DNA from: Eledone cirrhosa
Taxonomy: Eukaryota
DNA length: 64,000 nt
Assembly: GCA_964016885.1 (NCBI GenBank)
Contig: OZ024747.1
Location: forward strand, 53,940,001 to 54,004,000
Direction of reading: 5' to 3'
In this document: piece by piece, positions 29,311 through 42,025 of the stretch
Layout: each line of letters opens with the position of its first letter
Position numbering within the stretch: the first letter of the stretch is position 1
Notes under the pieces: generated by a model
Seen by the model: only the letters and a program-made list of their open reading frames with translations
Database searches by the model: none
What the model was told of the DNA's origin: nothing
Translations under genes and position numbers: made by a program

Positions 29311-30172
29311 TGTATGTATGTATGTATGTATGTATGTATGTATGTATGTATGTATATATGTATGTATATATGTATCTATGTATATATGTACGTACATATA
29401 TAAAGAATGGAAAGTGAAATGAAAAATATATAATAAACTTGTGTGAAATATATAAAAGTGTAAATAAAATGTTATTGTCATGGAAGAAAGTACATCTGTC
29501 TCCATTACCTGCATATATTTTACACCTCCTTAACCTTCTGCAGAATTTCTCAATTACACTTATACCATTGCACATTTAATGCATTCAGCGTTGCACACAA
29601 GTAATGGTTGCTGTTGTTTTGTTGTGTTCGTTGTGTATTTTGTTTATTATTGTTACTGTTATTATTGCTACTGTTTATGATGATTGTTTTTTGTTGCTAT
29701 TTTACTATTGTTTCTAAGGTTTGGTTGTATGTATTGTTGTAATTGTTATTTTCGTTATTTTCGTTGTTATTGTTGTTGTTGTTGTTGTTATTTTCGTTGT
29801 TGTTGTTGTTATTTACGCTGTTTTTGTTGTTGTAGTTGTTGTTGTAATTGTTATTTTCTTTGGTGCCACTGTTGGTGTTATTGTGGTTGATGTTACTTTC
29901 GTTGTTGTTTTTGTAATTGTCGTTGTTGTTAGTGTTGTTATTGTGGTTGTTGTTATTATTGTTATTGTGGTTGTTGTTATTGTTGTTGTCGTCGTTGTTG
30001 TTATTGTTGTGGTCGTTGTTGTTATTTTTGTTGTCATTGTTGGTATTGTTATTGTGGTTGTTGTTACTGTTGTCGTTGTCGTTGTTGTTGTTGGTGCTGT
30101 TGTTGTGGTTGTTGTTATTGTTGTTTTCCTCCTTTGTAGTAGTTGTGTATTGATTTGCTTGTTTTGTCTTAG

Positions 30173-30269
30173 ATTTATTTTCTCCATTTTTCTTCGAAAT
30201 GTCGGACATCAGGGTGGAGGTGTGCGATGAGAAGGAGAACGAGGAAAGGAAGGAGGTGAAAGAGGCGAA
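30173..30269 (+). CDS. Candidate first coding exon of an unidentified host gene (MSDIRVEVCDEKENEERKEVKEA..)
   Basis: Pyrimidine-rich acceptor ttgttttgtcttag|, ATG at 30199, purine-rich non-repetitive codons, donor |GTAAGA at 30270. Confidence 0.4.
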
Positions 30270-30584
30270 GTAAGAGAGTATATTTTTAACGAGTCGTGAA
30301 AAGTTTAACAGACGATAACAACAACAACAGCAGCAACAAGCATTTAACAAAGACGCAAACATGAATAAACTACAACAATAAGAGTAAACGATAATAAGTA
30401 CCAATGAGACATTACAGTTAGACAATACACAACAACAATTGTAGACAACAATAGCTTTTAATAGTAATAGTATTTGTATTAGTAGTGCTAGTATTAGTGG
30501 TAGTACTGCTACAATACACAAGTACACACACATATATTTGTGTGTGTATATATGTGTATATACATACATACACATTTATATATG

Positions 30585-30620
<36 letters not shown>

Positions 30621-30624
<4 letters not shown>

Positions 30625-30680
30625 AAAAAGTATGACCCCGACGGCAGAGCTCAAGCCGTTTCGACGGGTATTTCTGGATA
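30621..30680 (-). mobile_element. Family-D half-hammerhead fragment in (TA)n
   Basis: gaccccgacggcagagctcaagccgtttcgacgg. Confidence 0.7.
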
Positions 30681-30759
30681 TAAATATACATACTCATATA
30701 CTCATATACATATATATATATATACATGTTTGTATGTGTTTGTGAGTGTGTACTTGCAC

Positions 30760-30856
30760 GATCTAGTGGCTAGGGTGATTGACACGATCATAATTCGGTG
30801 TTTCCATTCTTGGACTTGGTGCGTTGTGATCTTGAGTAAGTCCTTTCATTTCACAA
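30760..30856 (+). mobile_element. Degenerate family-B SINE 5' part
   Basis: ctagtggctagg ... gcgttgtgatcttgagtaagtcctttcatttcac. Confidence 0.45.
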
Positions 30857-30995
30857 TGATTTTCAAGGAATGCATGGAGCTCCTATCATTACGCACCCGG
30901 GAATCTCCTAGGGGTACAGATTTGAAGTTCAGCTAAACCTGTAAACCTAATTGGTGTCAACTGCAATTTTGATAATATATCAATATCTATCTATC

Positions 30996-31072
<77 letters not shown>

Positions 31073-31151
31073 CTCTATCTATGTGTAACCTTATTACATA
31101 ATGTTGTTGTCTAACAACGATTGTCATTGAAATATATATATATATAGAGAG

Positions 31152-31350
31152 AAATATTTATTAAAATAACAGCAGATTAAAGTTTCAGCCTTAACGGGGT
31201 CTTCTGAAGACCCCGTTAAGGCTGAAAGCAGCGATTCTTTGCTCAATCTTTAATCTGTTATTTTAATAAATATTTGATCAATGGTTTTATATATGTTTAT
31301 ATATATATTAACCTTGTCGAACCCTCTTCGGATTTTAGTCTTCACATTTA
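31152..31350 (+). mobile_element. Fold-back cassette with apex in the CTGAAGA box of an HHR (31204-31248)
   Basis: tcttc-t-gaaga centre; CTGAAGA-ccccgttaaggct-GAAA-gca..tgc-TC-aatc. Confidence 0.7.
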
Positions 31351-31374
31351 TTATTATTATTACTATATATATAA

Positions 31375-31562
31375 GGGCGGTGGATTGGCAGTATTGGTAG
31401 AGTGTCGGATGCCATGCTTTGACGCATAGAGTTACGGCCCTTGCCATTCTGAGTTCAAATCCCGCCGAGGTTAACTTTGCCTTTCATCCTTACGGGGTCG
31501 ATAAAATAAAGTACCAGTAATTCACTGGGTAATTGCTGGCCTTGTGCCTAACGTAGAAACAA
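31375..31562 (+). mobile_element. Full-length family-A tRNA-derived SINE
   Basis: A box tggcagtattgg, B box gagttcaaatcc, flanking duplication attattactatatatata. Confidence 0.9.
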
Positions 31563-31585
31563 TTATTACTATATATATATATTAC

Positions 31586-31625
<40 letters not shown>

Positions 31626-31639
31626 TACATATATATTGT

Positions 31640-31788
31640 GAAATGTGTGAAATCCTTGGTACAATTAGGTATATTTAAAAAGAGGAAAAAATGACTTCAC
31701 TTGTAGATCTAAACAATTTAAATTAGTAAAATTATAATATTATAAAATTAAATTAAATTGTTTAGAACTACAAGTGAAGTCATTCTTT

Positions 31789-31791
<3 letters not shown>
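31640..31791. mobile_element. Fold-back cassette (arms about 31685-31736 / 31740-31791), homologous to 43001-43110
   Basis: atgacttcacttgtagatctaaacaattt / aaattgtttagaactacaagtgaagtcat; in (TA)n. Confidence 0.7.
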
Positions 31792-31852
<61 letters not shown>

Positions 31853-31853
<1 letters not shown>

Positions 31854-32970
31854 GTAGAACACTGGAAGGATCCAATTGGTGAAGTAGCTTTCATCCTGTT
31901 GGTCAAGAAATTCATTGACTGTATATAAGAATGTCGTCATCATTGCAATACTGGTTCCTAGGCAACTTTTTTTTATGTGGGGATGAAATGTTAGTCGGAT
32001 AGGACCAAATCAGGAGAATAGGAAGGGTGATCAACCAGTTCAAAGCCTCTCTCATGTACAGCAGCTATTGAAACCAAGGACTTGTGTGCTAGTGCGTTGT
32101 GCTGATGAAACAAGACCACTTTCCTTAGTTTTCCTGGGCGTTTGTTCTTGACAGCCTTTCGTAAATGCCTCAGCAAGCTGGCATAGTACACTCCATTGAT
32201 GGAGTGACCCTTTTGGAGATAGCCAATAAATACAATGCCTTTTTCATCCCTCTCAAAACTGAGGCCATCACATTCTCTGGACCTTCTTTGGTGCAGGTTA
32301 GGAGCGGTGTTTCCACTGCATGGATTGTCTCTTTATCTCTGGATCAAAGTGATCAAAGCCAACACTCATCCTGGGTACAGAAACGTTCAAGGAAAGCAAC
32401 TGGATCTTCCTCAAACAATGTCAGATTTTCTCGTGATATGATCAGCCTGGTGTGCTACTGATGAAGTGTCACAAGACTTGTCACCCAACAAACAGAAACG
32501 TTCATCCTGCCAAATTCATTGTTTATTCTATCACGGGATATTCTAATAAAATTGGATATTTGACTTATAGTCAATAGTCTGTCATCCATCACCACGTGGT
32601 GAACACGATCAATGCATTTGGTGGAAATAGCAGGATGTTCAGACTTTGGGTCGTCTTCTAGACTCTTCCTTCCTCTTCTAAATTCAGCTGCCCACCTTTG
32701 CACTGTTGATAAAATCTGAATCGTTATTCCCCACTTTGTTGTAACGATGTCACAATTTCGTCTTTAGGGGCTAAATCCTTTTTCTGTAGGCAATTGGTAA
32801 CACCACAATCCCAAAGTTTGTCCATTCTCAAGTGAAGTTGCTACTAGTTACATTTGACGTCTTCTTTAAGCAGTCAGATATCAGTTTACCTGGAAAAAAG
32901 CAATGCTGTTATTGATAAGAAGAGATGAAATTAATGCATGCAAGATTTCACACCTTTTTGCCTACCCTCG
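31853..32970 (-). pseudogene. Degenerate mariner transposon with transposase pseudogene
   Basis: RWAAEFRRGRKSLEDDP, RPGKLRKVVLFHQHNA, HPSYSPDLVLSD; TIR cgagggtaggcaaaaa plus TA at 32970, duplicated at 32989-33008. Confidence 0.9.
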
Positions 32971-33270
32971 TATATATATATATAAGCCCACCTTTTTGCC
33001 TACCCTCATATATATATATATATAAAGCCCATTCATTGACTTGTCTCTCTTTTCCTCTCTTTACGTTGCATTACTATCATGTTGTCTGTTTCCTTTCCTC
33101 TGTTTTCCTCTGTCCCGATAACTTAATTTAGTTATCGCTCGCACTGATTTTAGGTATCTAGTCTTTAATGCGAAGAAATACCAACGATAATCAGCTGACT
33201 ACTGATGAAGGGCATTCTTGTTTCTTGGTCTATTTTTATTCATATATATATATATATATATTATATATTA

Positions 33271-33556
33271 GAAAGTGAGGTTTTTTTAAAAAATGAAAAA
33301 AAACGAGATGTCCTACACGAGTGAAGGTATAAGGAAAAAAGATGAAATCGAAAATGCAACTGGAGGCTTTTTTTTTTTTTAAATATATTTATTTGATTCC
33401 TTTACCGGTTTCGCAGTTCTTGCGCTTTTCAAAAGTAGAATTGAGATGGAGGGTTTGTAGTTTTAAAAAGTGCACAAGAGCTGCGAAACAGGTAACGGAA
33501 TCAAATAAAAATATAAAAAAAAAGACTCCATTTGCATTTTCGATTTCATCTTTTTT

Positions 33557-33563
<7 letters not shown>
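33271..33563 (-). mobile_element. Fold-back cassette (family F; arms 33328-33438 / 33457-33563) with U3-A8 HHR at 33400-33435
   Basis: Minus strand: ctt-TTGAAAA-gcg caagaac tgc-GAAA-ccgg-TA-aag; homologous to 45945-46088. Confidence 0.75.
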
Positions 33564-33651
<88 letters not shown>

Positions 33652-33678
33652 TGAGATTTTGGTTTCGCTTGATGTAGA

Positions 33679-33762
33679 AGTCTGATGAGCAGATCAGGCT
33701 GTAGTCGGATCCATAGCATTTACATGGATACTAAGCCACCTGTCTGTGAAATAGTCGTAACT
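33679..33762 (+). ncRNA. Type-I hammerhead ribozyme with about 60-nt stem II
   Basis: agt-CTGATGA-gcagat..atccat/atggat..gtctgt-GAAA-tagtcg-TA-act; aataaa at 33769. Confidence 0.65.
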
Positions 33763-34021
33763 GTGTATAATAAAAAGGACCATCATGTAAAACCTAGTTT
33801 TGTTCTCAACTATATATATATACGCCAGCAAAACGTCTCGAATATAAGGGAAATGAGAGGAGAGACGACAGATTCAGGGGAAGAGAGGAGTAAGAGAGAA
33901 AGGAATATAAATATGGAGAGAAACTGGAGAAGAGAAAAAAGAAGAAAAAAATGTGACCAACATATGAACATTAGACTTTTTTGTATGCCATGTATATTCA
34001 TTCTGTCATCAGTACCACATA

Positions 34022-34106
34022 GGTCTGACTAGCTTTTGATTCCAGAGTCGGGTTAGATCGATACAGATCGAATCTTGAGCTAATCAGTAGCGAAACGCGC
34101 GTCACC
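34022..34106 (+). ncRNA. Degenerate hammerhead (G8U) with about 60-nt stem II
   Basis: ggt-CTGACTA-gct..tgatt/aatca..agc-GAAA-cgcgcg-TC-acc; aataaa at 34111. Confidence 0.55.
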
Positions 34107-34145
34107 AACTAATAAACGTAAAGAAGGAGTAACCATTCCTCCTTT

Positions 34146-34189
<44 letters not shown>

Positions 34190-34191
<2 letters not shown>

Positions 34192-34460
34192 TTTGTTGGT
34201 TGTTTACCGACACCTCAGTATGCAGATTACAGCACTCGACGAAGTACGCAGTTTGGTTTGTTTACTCCGGAGTAATGTAAAATAATTAAGTCAAATATGT
34301 AAAATTTGGCTTCGTTTATTATAAATTATAGATATACTGCTATATATATTTCGGTGACAGCCATCATTGGCTGTGGCCTCTCCAGGCAGTCCGAAAGACA
34401 GGTATACATGTTGTTGAAGTGTATTTTACGCCGTCAATACATCGATATGTCCAGCTCCTG
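34190..34460 (-). mobile_element. PLE pseudo-LTR (family G) with HHR at 34336-34390 (A6G core)
   Basis: Homologous to 50706-50987. Minus strand: actgc-CTGGAGA-ggccacagcca..tggctgtcacc-GAAA-tatata-TA-gcagt. Confidence 0.75.
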
Positions 34461-35343
34461 GTTGTGTTGTTATTCTTCTGCGGAACTAGAATCATATCCA
34501 GTTCCTCAGAAGAATAACGATGTTCAATGACATTTTACACTTGCCAGACTCTTTTGATAGACCCTGCAAACAAGGCTGCATATGTTGCACACCATTATGT
34601 AACACTATATCTGTTTATTCCTCCAATTGTTTTGCAGACCGTCTCACAGGGTCTGTATATTACCCTATCTATCTGGTAACTTACTGTAGTCAATTGTTCT
34701 TCTCTTGTGAATTCGTTGCTCACTAATCAGGTCTTGGAAAAATATATACGACCCAAAATACTGCAGTTTTTCCCATCAATCTTACAACTTATGAGTTTTT
34801 GTGCAGATTGCTTAAATTCTACGTAAGAGATTTGTGCCTATTTCAGAAACATTATACTTTGCCAATGTCCCCGTTGGTAGCGATGAAAACTGTTTATTTC
34901 CCATATTTCAAATCCTTCAAATGTTCATTTTGAAAGGTATGAAACCCCAGTAAGAAATTAAAACTGTGTTGTTATTCCCCATTTGTAGTTAGATGACGCC
35001 AGAGTTAGTTTAAGATGATATAACACGCCACATTGAATGCAAAGGCACGTGGAATTGGCGTAGGAAATAAGATAATCGATAAAGCAATGGTAATATTTGA
35101 CAATAGATCTTGAAATAAGACAAAATATCTCGACGAATTCATCAGATTCGTTGCGTATTCGGGTTCCGATGCTGAATAACATGCGCACACGAAACAAAGT
35201 GGGAGTCCCAATTCTAACACTATCATTAACCTGAACGAACCCTAAACTTAATCTGGCGTATCTGACGAAATATTTTTGTTCTTTTTATTTCGAGATCCGT
35301 TGTAAATGATACTCGAAAAAAGTTTCAGAACTAACAACATTTC

Positions 35344-35344
<1 letters not shown>

Positions 35345-35374
<30 letters not shown>

Positions 35375-35535
35375 CTTCTTCTTCTTCTTCTTCTTCTTCT
35401 TCTTCTTCTTCTTCTTCTTCTTCTTCTTCTTCTTCTTCTTCTTCTTCTTCTTCTTCTTCTTCTTCTTCTTCTTCTTCTTCTTCTTCTTCTTCTTCTTCTT
35501 CTTCTTCTTCTTCTTCTTCTTCTTCTTCTTCTTCT
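35345..35535. repeat. Pure (CTT)n, about 63 units
   Basis: Direct reading of the sequence. Confidence 0.95.
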
Positions 35536-35978
35536 TTGTGGGAGAGCCATGGGTCAGAGTCCCCAAGCATGTCTGACATCATGACTTATCAGAAGCAACC
35601 GTCTCCAATTGATCTGGCTGGATTCCCAAGCGAGACCAGTCGAACTCATCGATGTTATGAAAACATCTTGATCGGGATCTATCGGTGGTTTTCCTGCCTG
35701 TTGGTTTTGCCCGTAAAATCTTATGGCGCTTCTCGCATATAGTATATGTCCAGTCAATCGTTCATTGTATTCATGTCAATGTAAACTGTACTTGTGTACT
35801 ATTTTCTAAATACTGCAGACATCGGCTCTCCTCAGAATGAGACAAGCATGGTGATGCACGTACATCATATAAAAGCTAACTAACTTTCTCTTTTCTCTCT
35901 TGTTTTCTCCCTTATCTATTTATCGAAGAATCTATCTTTATCTCTATTTATCTCAACTATTTACCTCTCCATCATTCA

Positions 35979-36133
<155 letters not shown>

Positions 36134-36719
36134 CGCAAGACGAAAAAGATCCCTTCCAACAAGTAAAAAGAAAGAAGAGGAGACGCACCACAGACACACA
36201 TGTTAACTTTAACCCCCCCCCCCCCCAAGAGAACACAAACTACACACAAACCACCCCTCCCTGTCACACAACACTAACTGCTACACAAAAAAAGACCTTA
36301 CAATACACATACATGAACACAGACAACAAAGAATTACGGAAAACAATTTCAGCAAACCCTTCGGTCCAAACTGAAGGGCCAAACTTTATAACTGCTGTGG
36401 GACTACCTCATTTGAAAATGATAAAAGTCCCAATGCACTTGTACAAAACACTGAAAATAAATTTCACAGAGGACGTGGACCCCCCCCTGCGCCAAACCAA
36501 TCAACCGCGTCCTCCTAAAAAAATTCACCCCCCCCCCCCCCCACACCCCACCCAGACACCCACTCAACCACAAACACCCCAACCCCACAACACACCGATG
36601 CCCCTTCACTTCCACAAACCACCCCTCCACCCAACAACCCATCCCCAACCAGCATGGAAATTGAGCGGCCCGTTTCCCGGGACGCAGAGAGGTAAGTGCC
36701 TTTTCTCTTTACCACCAAC

Positions 36720-38348
36720 ATGGCTGTGCTAAGAGTAGGGTGTCTAAATGCGCGTGGCCTGGGCTCGTCTTGGAAGCAAGCAATGCTTCTAAATGACCTC
36801 AGGTCACAATCTATAAATGTGATGGTTATCTGCGAGGCCCGGATCAGCAGCATGCGACAGCTAGCCCCCACCTTTGACGACTTTGAGATGCACGCATCTC
36901 TCTGTCAGCCCGGAGGTGGGGGTGGGGTTGTTGTTCTGCTGCAAAAACATATGGGCCTTGCAACACAGATAGTTCACTTGGACCCAGGGGGTCGACTGGT
37001 GGTGCTGGACCTTGGCAGTGGTGAAGGTAGAGCCTTTAGGCTGATAGCCGCATATGCCCCTTTTGGGACAGAGCGGCCCGACTTTTTCCAGCGTCTGGAG
37101 TCTTTTCTAGGGACGTCCCGTTCCCTGCTTTTAGTGGGGGATTGGAATGGTATCCTGGATGCACGTTGGGACTATGCAGGGGCATGTCCCGATAGAGAGG
37201 GGTGCAACAGCCTCAAGGGGTTACTCGGCCGATTTGACCTGGCCGATAGATTTCGACTAGATTTTCCGACGGTGCCAACCTGGTCTTGGTCAAATCGCAG
37301 CGGATCATCTAGATCGTACCTAGATAGATTTTTAGTTAGAAATAAGGACAGGGACTTTTTAAGTTGTCCAGAAATGCTCATGGTTGGCTATTCAGACCAC
37401 AAGTTGGTGACCTGCATGGTCAACCTTGATAGAACGCATAGACAGGGCCCCGGTTACTGGAAGCTCAACTTGTCCTTGCCGGCAAGTAGAGCCTACAGGA
37501 ATCGGATTAGTACGTTAGTTAAGGAACGGTTGACTGGAGCGATCGTCAACAGCAGGTGGTGGGTATCTCTAAAGAAAGAGATGAGAGTAGTCTCGATTGA
37601 ATTTAGTAAGGTTCTAGCTGCGGATAGGAATAGGAAGGAAAGGGAGCTAATAGATAGAGTAGAAGAGGCAATTAGAAGCGGCGACGTGGCCAGAGTGCTA
37701 GCGTCGAGAACGGCTTTGAGCCAGTTTTTCGACGCGAAGCACGAAGGCTGCGTTGTCCGAAGTAAAATACGTGCTCTAGGGAACGAGGGGACCAAAGCTG
37801 TTAGCTGGGCCCGCGTGACAGAGGCCAACAGTGGAACTAAATCCACCATCCGGTCTTTGCGAGACCTGGATGGACGGGCGATTCTTGAGCCTAAGCAGAT
37901 GTGTGAGGCCTTTCAAAGGCACTTTGCCCGACTGTTCGGGAGGGGCGGGGATCCGGTTGGGAACGTGGACTTCGGTCCATACCTCGACGGCCTGCCGCGC
38001 CTCTCGGACAGGGAGGCGAAGTCCTGCGAGGAGCCGATTTCGGCCGCTGAGATAGAGGACGTGCTGAGCCAATGCGGCAAACGCAAATCCCCGGGTCTCG
38101 ATGGTCTTCCTTACGAATTATATCGAAATCGCGCGGTCCATCCGACAGGGGTGCCCTCTCTCCTCCCTTCTGTATGTAATGACTCTAGAGCCACTGCTGC
38201 GGAAGTTGGAGTTGTTGCAGGGCATCCCGTTGGAACCGGGATTGCGGAAAGCAGTGTCGGCCTACGCCGACGACGTAACAGTAATGGTCTCGGAAATCGG
38301 GGCGATCGGCACCTTACTGGAGGAGTACGAAAGGTTTACAGGGGCTAA
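36720..38348 (+). CDS. ORF2 N-terminal part: intact APE endonuclease plus linker, frameshifted after KSPGLDGLPYELY
   Basis: LNARG, ICE, GVVVL, GRLVV, YAP, GDWN, SYLDR and SDH motifs; GYWKLN linker. Confidence 0.85.
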   Translation: MAVLRVGCLNARGLGSSWKQAMLLNDLRSQSINVMVICEARISSMRQLAPTFDDFEMHASLCQPGGGGGVVVLLQKHMGLATQIVHLDPGGRLVVLDLGSGEGRAFRLIAAYAPFGTERPDFFQRLESFLGTSRSLLLVGDWNGILDARWDYAGACPDREGCNSLKGLLGRFDLADRFRLDFPTVPTWSWSNRSGSSRSYLDRFLVRNKDRDFLSCPEMLMVGYSDHKLVTCMVNLDRTHRQGPGYWKLNLSLPASRAYRNRISTLVKERLTGAIVNSRWWVSLKKEMRVVSIEFSKVLAADRNRKERELIDRVEEAIRSGDVARVLASRTALSQFFDAKHEGCVVRSKIRALGNEGTKAVSWARVTEANSGTKSTIRSLRDLDGRAILEPKQMCEAFQRHFARLFGRGGDPVGNVDFGPYLDGLPRLSDREAKSCEEPISAAEIEDVLSQCGKRKSPGLDGLPYELYRNRAVHPTGVPSLLPSVCNDSRATAAEVGVVAGHPVGTGIAESSVGLRRRRNSNGLGNRGDRHLTGGVRKVYRG

Positions 38349-38664
38349 GCTGAACCGGGACAAGTCGATCGGTCTACAACTCGGCACAGAAACACCGCCT
38401 CCCCTCTTCAAAAACGAAGGAGAGGCGGTGTTTCTGTGCGTAATAGCCATGGCGAAAGAGGTTGTATGGTGGACGCGTCTGAAAGGACTGAGGTCAGGCA
38501 CCTTTCTCTCTGGCCAACAACTGGTCCGTTTCTTCCGATATCATTTCGGAAGAAGGATCAGGATGGAGAGAGAGGTGCTGCACCCCAGCCGTTTTTATGA
38601 AAGATGGGTGAAAGTGGCGAGAATGGCCCGTGTGAATGGGCCTTCACTCTACATCAGACTATAG
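38122..38664 (+). pseudogene. RT remnant (domains 4-6) fused to the ORF2 C-terminus
   Basis: SIRQGCPLS, AYADDVTV and GAKLNRDKS; domains 1-3 and the thumb are missing. Confidence 0.85.
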
Positions 38665-38926
38665 GTGAGGAAGATGAAAGACCAAGGGAGCACCCCTTCT
38701 CTGTGCTCCTGAGGAAAAGGGTTGCCCACTTTTTTCGGGGGTGTGTGCGACCCCCCAAGGCGCCTCCTCTCTATTGAGGATTTTGTTATAAATGTTATTC
38801 TGTTATATTTTATTTTATTTTTATATTTTGTTATTGCCTCCTCCGTATTGAGGACGCCTTGTTTTGTAAACTCCCCCCTTTGTACTTGTCCCACTTTTGA
38901 TGCCCTGGTGGCAAATAAAAGAAACA

Positions 38927-38995
<69 letters not shown>

Positions 38996-39278
38996 CTCTA
39001 TCTATCTATCCGTCCGTCCGTCGAGCAATTTATTCATTTACCTATTTGTCTATCTACCAACGAAGCTGCCTAACAACCGATATATCTATTCATTTATCTA
39101 CATATCAACCCATCTAACTAAGTATCCATCCATGCATATATAAACCCCACTCCCCATCCAACCAGTTACCCCATCCCCTTGTCTTCCGGACCCACAATTA
39201 CACTCCCCACTTAACCAGCACCAAATCTCTTTCTCTAACTCTTTCTCCCTCTCGCTATCTCATTCTCTCTGTCTTCAT

Positions 39279-39352
<74 letters not shown>

Positions 39353-39396
39353 GAATGAAATGATACGGTATACGTTATATATATATACGGTATACG

Positions 39397-39454
<58 letters not shown>

Positions 39455-40510
39455 CCATAGTGTCTTTCACAACCATTTCACTAATAACAAATTATTGAAA
39501 ATCAATGCTAGAAATTTTCGATGTTAGATTTGTGTAAAATCTTAACCAAAGCAGATTACTCAATCTCTAAGGGAAAGTTCTTTAGCCAGACCTATGGACA
39601 ATGATTTATATGGCAATCTACAGAGATATTAATGATAATGCATCAAAGAATGGACACTGGCCAGTTTAGACCTTTGCTTAATGAACATTACAACCAATCT
39701 ACTCTCTATTTCCTCGTTGTTGTTAGTGTTGGTGGTGTTGGTTTTATTGATGGAGTTGGGGATGTTGGGGATGTTGGTGCTATTGGATACCGTTTATTTT
39801 TTGTTGTTGTTGTTGTTACTGATGTTGTTCTTATTATTTTTGATTATTATTTTTGTTTCTTTATAGTGTGTTGGGGTTTGGAGGCTATTTTCATTTATAT
39901 ATTTATACATTTATTTATTTTTATTCATTTATGTTTTTTACATAACTGGTCAAATGCAACGCCTTCGTCACCCTTAGCTCAATACCAATTTCTTTCTTTT
40001 CCTTTCTCTCTCTTTCTAATTCTTTTTCTTTTCCCATTTCTTTCACCACCACGAACATTCTCTCTCTCTTTATCCTACTTCCTCTCTCCCTCTCTTTATC
40101 CTATATCCTCTCACCATCTCTCTCATCGCAGAACACACTAATTTTTCATGTGATTCACCTTAATAGAGAAAATATTAACAAAAGTGTTCACCATAATAAC
40201 TCATTTTTCAATCTAAACCCCACCCCACCCCGTCTAAATCATATACACACACATACATGTACATATACATACTGATACAAAAAGTACACACACATAAACT
40301 TCATCTCATATACACGCATGCATAGATATGTATATACACACAGAAGCATATAAAAATAACACAAAATCCACATGTTCTAACCTACACTCTCATATACAGT
40401 TTCAGCAAGCACAACTACACGTCACCACGCAAAGATGCATTCATACATACACACACACATACACACAGACACACACATACACTCATACACACAGACACAT
40501 ACATACACAC

Positions 40511-40553
<43 letters not shown>

Positions 40554-40667
40554 TAATTATATATACATATATGTATATATACATATATAAATATATATTT
40601 ATATATATTTGTCTTTATATATAAATATATGTATGTGTGTGTATATATATATATATATTTCTCACTC

Positions 40668-40713
<46 letters not shown>

Positions 40714-41085
40714 GAGAGAGAAAGATATAAATAGAGAGATAGATAGAAGGTAGGGACACACACATTTAAACTAGTACTATAGAGAAGGGCTATAAAGATT
40801 AAGGGGTTAGCACCATACTAATGTTAGCTGGTTTTCGATCATATCATGATGAAGATATTTATTCCCTGAATTGCTTTCCTGTGTTTGAAGCTTACCCCAA
40901 GGAATTTCAAGTGAAGAGATTAAAATCAACACAGCAATGTGCTCATTTCTGCAATTACTTTGTAGTCAACACATTATCCATCTATTACCTCCTTCATATA
41001 CACATATATCAATATAGAGATACACACACACACACACATATATATATATATGCATATATGTACATACGTATATGTTATATATATA

Positions 41086-41116
<31 letters not shown>

Positions 41117-41276
41117 GAATACATATATACGTATAAAGAAATATATACATATATACCAAGACATACACATCTTAGATAGTAGTAGTATATATATATATAT
41201 ATATATATGAATACATATATACGTATAAAGAAATATATACGTATATACCAAGACATACATATCTTAGATAGTAGTA
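41117..41276. repeat. Direct duplication of about 70 bp separated by (TA)n
   Basis: gaatacatatatacgtataaagaaatatatac...cttagatagtagta occurs twice. Confidence 0.85.
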
Positions 41277-41585
41277 TACATACATATGAGCATGTGTGTT
41301 TTGGGGGACAACATATATACACCAAGCTAGACACAGCTACACATACATTCACCATCAAACACACATACTCATGCAATAATAATATTATCGATATTACAAT
41401 ATACAAACACTTACACATATTACTGTGTGTATATATATATATATATATATACACACACATATATATACACACATATATATATATATATGAATGTATGAAT
41501 GTATGCAAACACACATAGACATACGCACACACACATATATATATATATGAATGTATGAATGTATGCACACACACATAGACACACG

Positions 41586-41632
<47 letters not shown>

Positions 41633-41736
41633 GCACACATATGTTTGATTGCATTGGTAATTATTACTAATGTTCATAGAACAATTACCAGTGTTTCGAT
41701 TGTGTATAATATGGTAGAAATATACTACTACTGCTG

Positions 41737-41818
<82 letters not shown>

Positions 41819-41959
41819 CAGTTTTGTTTTAATCTCTCATTTGGTAAATGATATTGGTAATCTAACTTCCAGGAATTACTCATTTTTACATATATAACAT
41901 ATGAATATATATATATATATTTATATATTTCAAATATATATGTATGTATATATATATTA

Positions 41960-42025
<66 letters not shown>

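Larger units (their letters stand above)
36134..38926 (+). mobile_element. Tx1-like (L1 group) LINE, internally deleted, flanked by (ATCT)n
   Basis: APE and RT motifs; 3' end aataaaagaaac; (ctat)n on both sides. Confidence 0.85.

Noticed and set aside
31375-31470. tRNA gene
   Set aside because: The A/B boxes belong to SINE heads; no complete cloverleaf.
32100-32470. CTGATGA boxes at 32102 and 32458
   Set aside because: They lie inside the mariner coding remnant with no hammerhead helices.
34468-34520. 50-bp hairpin as a pre-miRNA
   Set aside because: Single short hairpin adjoining a PLE remnant with no further support.
35248-35584. Poly-R/L/E/K ORFs
   Set aside because: Pure (CTT)n repeat.
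38705-38760. CTGAGGA followed by hairpins
   Set aside because: No GAAA or UH; these are ordinary LINE 3' UTR stem-loops.
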